DNA from: Eledone cirrhosa
Taxonomy: Eukaryota
Assembly: GCA_964016885.1 (NCBI GenBank)
Contig: OZ024748.1
Coordinates: forward strand, 22,754,001-22,818,000
Reading direction: 5' to 3'
Length of the DNA: 64,000 nt
The translations under genes were made by a program, and so were the position numbers. This document shows, one piece after another, positions 56,181-64,000 of this stretch. The notes under the pieces are model-generated. The model saw only the letters and a program-made list of their open reading frames with translations. It did no database searches and was not told the origin of the DNA. Numbering within the stretch: the first letter of the stretch is position 1; the number at the start of each line of letters is the position of its first letter.

Positions 56181-56492
56181 CACACATACACACACATGCT
56201 AACAAAGACACACATACACACACATACACACACATACACACACACGCACACATAGACACACATACACACACATGCTAACAAAGACACACGTACACACATA
56301 CACACACATGCTAACAAAGACACACATACACACACATACACACACATACACACACACGCACACATAGACACACATACACACACATGCTAACAAAGACACA
56401 CATACACACACATACACACACATACACACATAGACACACATACACACACATGCTAACAAAGACACACATACACACATACACACATACACACA
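55720..56492. repeat. CA-based minisatellite anchored by ATGCTAACAAAG (12 units)
   Basis: The anchor recurs every 36-76 bp within (CA)n. Confidence 0.95.
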
Positions 56493-56662
56493 CTTGCCCT
56501 CATCATAGATCAGTCCTCGTTGACAATAGCTGTTGTAGTTGTCAATACCTTAACAATTGTGTCATAGATCCCCGCTATGCTAATGATATCCACTAATTCC
56601 TGCTATATCAGTAACAGACTCCAACAAGACACTTATCATAAGCAGCGCCATATCATATAAAC

Positions 56663-57195
56663 CAGAGGTTCTCAAACGTCTTGCCCCCCCACGTAATACC
56701 CTCAACGCCCCCACCCGTATTCCCAGAGAGACCTGCCTACATGCAAATTGTAAATAATATATAATAAATAAAACCGTTAATTTATATATAATAAATAATT
56801 GTTTCTACTTTAGGCACAAGGCCAGCAATTACCCAGTGCATTACTGGTACTTTATTTTATCGACCCCGTAAGGATGAAAGGCAAAGTCAACCTCGGCGGG
56901 ATTTGAACTCAGATCGTAAAGGGACGTAACTATGTTGGAAAGCATGGCGTCCGACCCTCTACCGATACTGCCAATCCACCACCGCCTATATAATAAATAA
57001 TATGATATATATACGATGTATAAATAAATATTATATATTTTTTATTTTACTATTTTTATATATAATATGTATCATTTGATTTTTAATATATTATTATATC
57101 ATCTCTACACCCACTCCACAGCCCCCCCTCCCTCTGGACATTCTCACCTCTCTTCGGGTGAGGTGGGGTGGTAGCGCCACTTTTGAGAACTTCTG
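56663..57195. mobile_element. hAT-type MITE
   Basis: TIRs CAGAGGTTCTCAAA and TTTGAGAACTTCTG, with 8-bp TSD ATATAAAC/ATATAAAT. Confidence 0.85.
56800..56986 (-). mobile_element. SINE S1 nested in the hAT MITE, 15-bp TSD
   Basis: TATATAATAAATAAT at 56785-56799 and 56987-57001. Confidence 0.93.
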
Positions 57196-57234
57196 ATATA
57201 AATAGAGACCATCTTGCTATATCAAAGTCTAAAT

Positions 57235-57524
57235 CAGGCACGGGCAACCTTTTTCAAGAAGCGGGCCGCATGAGTTATGGCTCATCATCAGACGGGCCGC
57301 AATCGCTAATTTACATTCGTGCCCACATTAAAAAAAGGGCGGTAACTCAGGTTGTTTTGATTTGTTTCTTCAGAATTCGTACACGTTGTTTTCCGCGATC
57401 GTAAAAATGATAGAAAGATAAATTACAACTGAAAAGTTGGGGTAAAAAAATCAGAAAGATTTCACTTAGGTGACTTAGGCGAGCCATTGAGAAAGCTTCG
57501 CGGGCCGCAGGTTGCCCACGGCTG
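57235..57524. mobile_element. hAT-type MITE (290 bp)
   Basis: TIRs CAGGCACGGGCAACCT and AGGTTGCCCACGGCTG, perfect 8-bp TSD GTCTAAAT, subterminal CGGGCCGC repeats. Confidence 0.9.
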
Positions 57525-57784
57525 GTCTAAATATTTTTCTGTCATTTCGGAACATCTCAAGTATATTGCCTGGTAAGATAGGATTGGAGGAAAAGCAACA
57601 TATCGACTTTCTGGCGACATTAGAAAGCTGAACTTGTTTGTTATGACAACTAGACAAGAAAGGTAATTAAGGTGAGAGAGATATTAAGTCAACCAAGGCT
57701 TAAGGTTTACCTTGGAACTTGAACATCTTTTGCAAATTTGATTTAAACATCATTTCACTTCTAGAAACATACACATATGCGTAC

Positions 57785-57817
<33 letters not shown>

Positions 57818-58246
57818 CATATATATATACATACATGTAAATATACACATACAAACATACAAACATACATCCATACACGCGGCGGGGGGTGGGAGTGGGG
57901 GTAAAAAGAGGATTAACACAGATAAGCGATACAGTAGGGTTCATTTCTAGCATTTACACATGTTTCATCACCAGGTGTTATTGATTTTGTCTTGAAATCA
58001 CTATTCTCAATGATCAATTTTGAAAACTCGATTTCAAATACACCCTCTTTTTACCTTTTGTAACTAGTCCAAGGATTACTGATCACGGAACTATCAAGGA
58101 CTACTCTTCGATTAACCTCCCTTCGATCAACCTACCGTAGTAGACATCTTGTTGTGTCAACATCCACTGTACGCTGAAACACTCCTCGTTATAGGATACT
58201 CTAACCCTGAACTAGGGAAACCCAAAACGATATCTCGTTTACCTTT

Positions 58247-58299
<53 letters not shown>

Positions 58300-58303
<4 letters not shown>

Positions 58304-58463
58304 AACGAGTAGGACCCCGACGGCTGAGCTCAAGCCGTTTCGACGGCTAATTCTGGACCAGCCGTCGGGGTCCTACTCGTTCCTATTACCCACTCTACTA
58401 CCCTAAGTATTGAGTACTTTGCTGCGTTATGGTCCACCTGGTTCCTTACCACATTTCTTCCGT

Positions 58464-58465
<2 letters not shown>
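58300..58465 (+). mobile_element. Family A element with fold-back
   Basis: TAGGAACGAGTAGGACCCCGACGGCTG ... CAGCCGTCGGGGTCCTACTCGTTCCTA, between (TA)n tracts. Confidence 0.88.
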
Positions 58466-58501
<36 letters not shown>

Positions 58502-58693
58502 GGTGGGTGTATTCATCTTGTTTTATCTAGTTTTATCTAGTTTTCCAAACGATTGATTAACATAAGATTTGTGAAATCAATTGGGATTTTAAGAATTAAA
58601 AAACTAAAAAAAAAAAAAATGTTTACATACAGTTTCAACGCAAACTTGAATTTTTCTATATTTCAATTTGTACAGAAAAAAAAATTATTTTCG

Positions 58694-58734
<41 letters not shown>

Positions 58735-58735
<1 letters not shown>

Positions 58736-58851
58736 CGAGGGAAAAGTGGTAAGGAACCAGGTGGACCATAACGCACCAAAGTACTCAATACTTAGGGTAG
58801 TAGAGTGGGTAATAGGAGTAAGTAAGACCCCGACGGCTGAGCTCAAGCCGT
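58735..58851 (-). mobile_element. Family A element copy
   Basis: Nearly identical to 16105-16222 and fused directly to the family B fold-back. Confidence 0.88.
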
Positions 58852-58911
58852 TTTTATAGAAGGAGCCTCAACAGGACTAGCACTGTTTCATTCAGACGAA
58901 ATCTTTAGGAA

Positions 58912-58964
58912 GAGCTTCCTGAAGATTTCGTCTGAATGAAACAGTGCTGGTCCTGTAGAAGCTC
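58912..58964 (+). ncRNA. Hammerhead ribozyme (type I) in family B fold-back
   Basis: GAGCTTC CTGAAGA T TTC GTCT GAA T GAAA CAG TGCTGGTC CTG TA GAAGCTC. Stem I is 7 bp, stem III is 4 bp, and the site is GUA. Confidence 0.8.
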
Positions 58965-59049
58965 CTTCTATAAAATGGAAAATTTTTACTCTGCGATGTA
59001 TTGAGTACCTTACTTACTGTGGTTATCCCCGACTCAACCCGGGACCTAC

Positions 59050-59090
<41 letters not shown>

Positions 59091-59605
59091 AAGTAGCGAG
59101 GTTATAGGAAATATATTCTGTGTATGTGTGTGTGTTGATGTATGTATGCGAATGTATGTGTGTGTCTGTGTATATGTGGATGTGTGTATGTGTATGTATG
59201 TGTGTGTATGTTATGTGTATGTATATTTGTGTCTGTGTGTATGTGTATGTATGTGTGTGTGTGTCTGTGTATATGTGTGATGTTCTTAGTTAAAAAGAAA
59301 GAAAACCAAGTTTATGTGAATACACCATGGAAATTAGTTAAAGTAAATTTATAGAGTATATAAATATATATATATAATGATATATATATATATATATCAT
59401 TATATATATGTATATATATATATATATATTACAACTGAAATCTCCATGGTGAAGTTTCCTGGTTCATTCTTATTTAGAGCTTACACACAGACATATACAG
59501 ACACACACACAGACACACACACATACACATACACACAGACACACAGACACACACACAGACACATACACACAGACACACACACAGACACACACACAGACAC
59601 AGACA

Positions 59606-60232
59606 CGCTTCCAACCGTATTCAATTTCTTTAGACTAAGCTTCCAACCGTATTTCGTATTATATTTCTTTAGACTAAGCTTCGCTAATGAGGTCCAATAA
59701 ACATGAAACATGTTCGACGTTATTATTTACTGTCCCACCAATAGAAGACTCGCTTCCAACCGTATTTGGTATTCGATTTCTTTAGACTAAGTTTCGCTAA
59801 TGAGGTCCAATAAACATGAAACATGTTCGACGTTATTATTTACGTCCCACCAATAGAAGACTCGCTTCCAACCGTATTTCCTATTCGATTTCTTTAGACT
59901 AAGCTTCGCTAATGAGGTCCAATAAACATGAAACAAGTTCGACGTTATTACTTACCGTTCCATCAATAGAAGACTCGCTTCCAACCGTATTTCGTATTCG
60001 ATTTCTTTAGACTAAGCTTCGCTAATGAGGTCCAATAAACATGAAACAAGTTCGACGTTATTACTTACCGTTCCATCAATAGAAGACTCGCTTCCAACCG
60101 TATTTCGTATTCGATTTCTTTAGACTAAGCTTCGCTAATGAGGTCCAATAAACATGAAACAAGTTCGACGTTATTACTTACCGTTCCATCAATAGAAGAC
60201 TCGCTTCCAACCGTATTTCGTATTTGATTTCT
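59606..60232 (+). repeat. 113-bp tandem array (about 5.5 units), each full unit with a hammerhead-like core
   Basis: CTAATGA at 59684, 59797, 59909, 60022 and 60135, each followed by GAAA CA(T/A)G TT CGA. Confidence 0.9.
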
Positions 60233-60562
60233 TTTCATTAATTAGAATTTCGCAGCAATTCCCCGCTGCCACTTCTTCATCAGAATTAGTCAATTAGATA
60301 ATGATTTACTTTCTTCAGTAAGTGAATGATTTTAATTAATTAAAATAGCGCCTGTTTACTATTAACGTTGATGGATAGACATGTAGATAGGTGGATAAAT
60401 AGATAAGCAAGCTGAGGTGTGGTTATATGTATGTGTACACTCACACACACACACACACACATACACACACATATATATATATAGTTTAATAAATGAACAG
60501 AGAACAAAAAATAGAGAGGCAGTACAAATGATATGGTTTTTAGTTTCACGCTTGAGAGTGGG

Positions 60563-60624
<62 letters not shown>

Positions 60625-60625
60625 T

Positions 60626-60683
<58 letters not shown>

Positions 60684-60738
60684 CATATATATATAAATAT
60701 ATATATTTATATATATATATATATTTATATATATATGC

Positions 60739-60832
<94 letters not shown>

Positions 60833-60958
60833 AAAAAATGAAACGAAAATTCATTTCTCACTCTTAGTACGGCGATATGCAAATTAGGCTACTCAGCCGT
60901 TAATATGCATAAGGAAAGTATATACTTTCAGACGTTCAATCATCTGGCAGGAAGGTAT

Positions 60959-61001
60959 ACGTTGCTGACGATAGCTAATAAGCTTGAAACTAGTACAGCG
61001 T
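60959..61001 (+). ncRNA. Minimal hammerhead ribozyme (type I)
   Basis: ACGTTG CTGACGA T AGCT AATA AGCT T GAAA CTAG TA CAGCGT. Stem I is 6 bp, stem II is 4 bp, stem III is palindromic (ACTAGT), and the site is GUA. Confidence 0.82.
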
Positions 61002-61206
61002 TCCTTTGTCAGTGTTGAACAAATGAGCAACGATGGTTGCTAGACACTGTACGGCTTAATTCGGGATGTTTGTTTACAAACACACCGAGCATTATAATAA
61101 ATGTTCGGTGAATCCATACGTACATATATATATATGTGTGCATGTATGTATATATATATACATATTACTGTACGTCTGTATACATATATGTATGTACGTA
61201 TACATA

Positions 61207-61301
<95 letters not shown>

Positions 61302-61400
61302 TGTTAGGTAATTCCGAGATAAACTTATATATATAACTTATATATAATTCCGGGATAAACTTATATATATATATGAATATATACATATGTATACATACAT

Positions 61401-61486
<86 letters not shown>

Positions 61487-61508
61487 TATTATATATATAT
61501 ATTTATAA

Positions 61509-61774
61509 CAAAGATATATATTGAGTTAGAAACTCAAAATAGTCTCTTACAATAAAATAGCTCTAGGAAAGAGATTTTTCCGAGCCGTATATTATAATTG
61601 AATATAAAAGAAAGATAAACACAGATATATAGATATATGTGTTCAAATCGTAAGGGACCAGATTCGTTAAGGTGAAAATAATACTAATTATGGACAATAG
61701 GGTTTGCCAGACTCAATTTAAGAATAAATCAAGAAAGAGACTATTTTGAGTTTCTAACTCAATATATACCTTTG
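61509..61774. repeat. Inverted repeat, 40-bp arms, enclosing an inverted pLTR-like piece
   Basis: 61509-61548 vs 61735-61774 (1 mismatch). 61635-61736 is the reverse complement of 62255-62330 apart from an indel. Confidence 0.85.
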
Positions 61775-61905
61775 ATATATTCGGCTCCGTTAATTTGTTG
61801 AGCTAATTCAAGTAATTCGAGTAAACCTGTCGAGTAAACCTGGCTGCTATTTTTAGTGGTGTGAGTTTGTGAGACACGCTAAGTTCCGATACCATGTGCG
61901 TTATT

Positions 61906-62070
61906 ATCGGTAGAGGGTCGGACGCCATGCTTTGCAGCCCAGTTACGCCCCTTTACGGACTGAGTTCAAATCCCGCCGAGGTTAACTTTGCTTTCATCCT
62001 TACGGGGTCGATAAAATAAAGTACCAGTAATACACTGGGATAATTGGTGGCCCTGTGCCAAAAGTAGAAA
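61906..62070 (+). mobile_element. SINE S1, slightly 5'-truncated
   Basis: B-box, core and tail. Confidence 0.9.
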
Positions 62071-62140
62071 GAGTTATTATATATACGCACACTATTCAGT
62101 TTTTTAATATACTTAGAAGTGACCAGGATACTAATATTCT

Positions 62141-62221
62141 TCACCCACTGATGAGCAAGAATTAGTATTCCTCTTGACAATTAATTTTGCGAAACAGCAT
62201 AGCCAAACGCTGTCTGGGTGA
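62141..62221 (+). ncRNA. Canonical type I hammerhead ribozyme
   Basis: TCACCCA CTGATGA GCAAGAATTAGT...AATTAATTTTGC GAAA CAGC ATAGCCAAAC GCTG TC TGGGTGA. Stem I is 7 bp, stem II is closed by G-C, stem III is 5 bp, and GUC cleavage is predicted after 62214. Confidence 0.9.
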
Positions 62222-62399
62222 TTGGTAGTTACCACAATTGCGGTTTGTATTTATTTTCTTGATTTATTCTTAAATTGAGTCTGTTTTCACCTTAGCGAAT
62301 CTGGTCCCTTACAATTTGAACACATATATGTATATGTGTGTGTGTGATGGTATGATAGTAATAAATGTGAAGATGATGTGATGTAGTGATGTTGCTGCT

Positions 62400-62743
62400 G
62401 GTATGATGGTGGTGGGAGGGATGGTGTGATGATGATAGTAGTGGTGGTGGTGGGATGGTGTGATAGTGGTGGTGGTGGTGGTGGGATGGTATGGTAGTGG
62501 TGGTGGTGGGATGGTATGATAGAGGTGGCGGTGGGATGGTATGATAGAGGTGGTGGTGGGGTGGTATGATAGTGGTGGTGGTGGGGTGGAATGATAGTGG
62601 TGGTGGTGGGATGGTATGGTAGTGCTGGTGGTGGGATGGTATGATAGTGGTGGTGGTGGTGGGATGGAGTGATGGTGGTGGTGGGGTGGTATGATAGTGG
62701 TGGTGGTGTGGTCGTATGGTAGTGCTGGTGGTGGGATGGTATG
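62400..62743. repeat. G-rich degenerate minisatellite (GTGGTGGTGGGATGGTATGATA)
   Basis: Units of about 21-24 bp abutting the LINE 5' end. Confidence 0.9.
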
Positions 62744-64000
62744 AGAATTCCCAGTTCTGTGACCCAGGGCGTAGTCACGTTAGTCAGGAAGGACGAGAAT
62801 AAGGGGGATGACATAGGCAACTTCCGGCCCATAACCCTGCTCAACACAGAGTTACAGATGTTGGCCAAGGTGTTGGCAAAGAGGCTGGCGCTTGTCGTCG
62901 AAAATCTGGTGGGAGTAGCGCAGACATGCGCAATCCCGACCAGGTCCATACACGACAACTTCCACCTCATGCGATACATCATAGAGAGGGTAGGGTGTAA
63001 ACCCGGCTTCGGTGGGGCCCTGATCAACTTGGATCAGTCTAAAGCTTTCGATATGGGTTGACCATCGTTACCTGGATGCGGTGCTCGAGGCGGCAGGCTT
63101 CGGACCCGTGTTCAGGGGCTAGATTGCTGCAATGCACAGCAGCAACATCTGCTCAAGGGTCAAGGTGAACGGCTACCTCTCGGAGCCGTTCCATATCACA
63201 CGATCCATCCGACAGGGATGCCCTCTCTCCTCCCTTCTGTACGTACTGACTCTCGAGCCACTATTGTGGAAGTTGGAGCTATTGCAGGGCATCCCTTTGG
63301 AACCGGGACTGCGAAAATCGGGGAGGTCGGCACCTTACTGGAGGAATACGAAAGGTTCACAGGAGCGAAGCTGAACCAGGACAAATCCGTCGGTTTGCAA
63401 CTCGGAACGTGGAGAGGCAAACCGATGCCTTCCGATGGCGTCGTCGGACGCTGGACGGAAGGACCGGTAAAGCTGCTCGGGGTCTGGTTTGGTCCGGACC
63501 TCCAGGTGGAGAAGAACTGGAACGAGGTGACGGCCAAGGTGTTTGCGCTCACCCAGAAGTGGGCCGAGTGCAAGCTATCCTTGAAAGGTCGAGCGGAGGT
63601 GGCGAACACTTTTATTGCGTCCGCCATCTACTACCGCTTGACCGTCGTGCCTTGTCCAGCCAAAACGCTCTCCAAAATGGAGCGCGCGCTCTTCCAATTC
63701 CTTTGGAAGAAACGGGCTCCTTTGGTGAGAAGATCCATCTGCTGCCAACACCCTTCAAACGGAGGGCTGGGGATGCCGTGGTTGACGATGCGTAAACATG
63801 CGCTCAGGCTGCGGCACCTCCACGTATACCTCACCAGACAACCGGTGTGGGCCCTGTTCGTGAGGCGAGCCTTCCCATGACTCATCTCGCTGAACGAGCT
63901 GCAGTCCTGGGTCAAGCAAAGACCGAGGAAAATGGGCGACTGGCACATCGAATGTGCTCAGGCGCTCACAGTCCTCTGGCAAACGGACCCGGCGATCAGT
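62741..64000 (+). pseudogene. L1/Tx1-clade LINE reverse transcriptase, disrupted; runs off the window
   Basis: NFRPITLLNTE, LDQSKAFD, RQGCPLS, GAKLNQDKS, KLLGVWF, GGLGMP. Frameshift near 63055, stops near 63120 and 63878, and the YADD segment is missing near 63320. Confidence 0.93.

Noticed and set aside
59606-60232. CRISPR array
   Set aside because: Units are fully repeated; there are no variable spacers.
60235-60290. Minus-strand CTGATGA...GCAGC/GCTGC GAAA motif
   Set aside because: A 7-nt insertion before stem II and only a 3-bp stem I; possibly a decayed copy but too weak to call.

Overview
AT-rich, microsatellite-dense animal genomic DNA with no intact protein-coding gene that I can support. 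The tRNA-derived SINE families resemble cephalopod (Octopus) SINEs, which is my inference. Nearly all long ORFs in the track are simple-repeat artefacts. Recognisable content: decayed non-LTR retrotransposons (three L1/Tx1-like pieces, one R4/Dong-like element flanked by (TATG)n, a CRE-like and an RTE-like fragment), a mariner transposase relic, two hAT MITEs with TIRs and 8-bp TSDs, about 20 SINE copies or fragments, and several minisatellites. The main unannotated signal is a dense set of type I hammerhead ribozyme motifs (CTGANGA...GAAA...TH with base-paired stems). About 13 are near-complete, several are half-copies, and a 113-bp tandem array carries a hammerhead-like core in every unit. 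Most lie in short non-coding elements that run into (TA)n tracts, often as fold-back inverted duplications. This architecture fits Penelope-like pseudo-LTRs or retrozymes, but I recognised no Penelope RT or GIY-YIG ORF in the window. All structures were paired by eye; no folding or database search was run.
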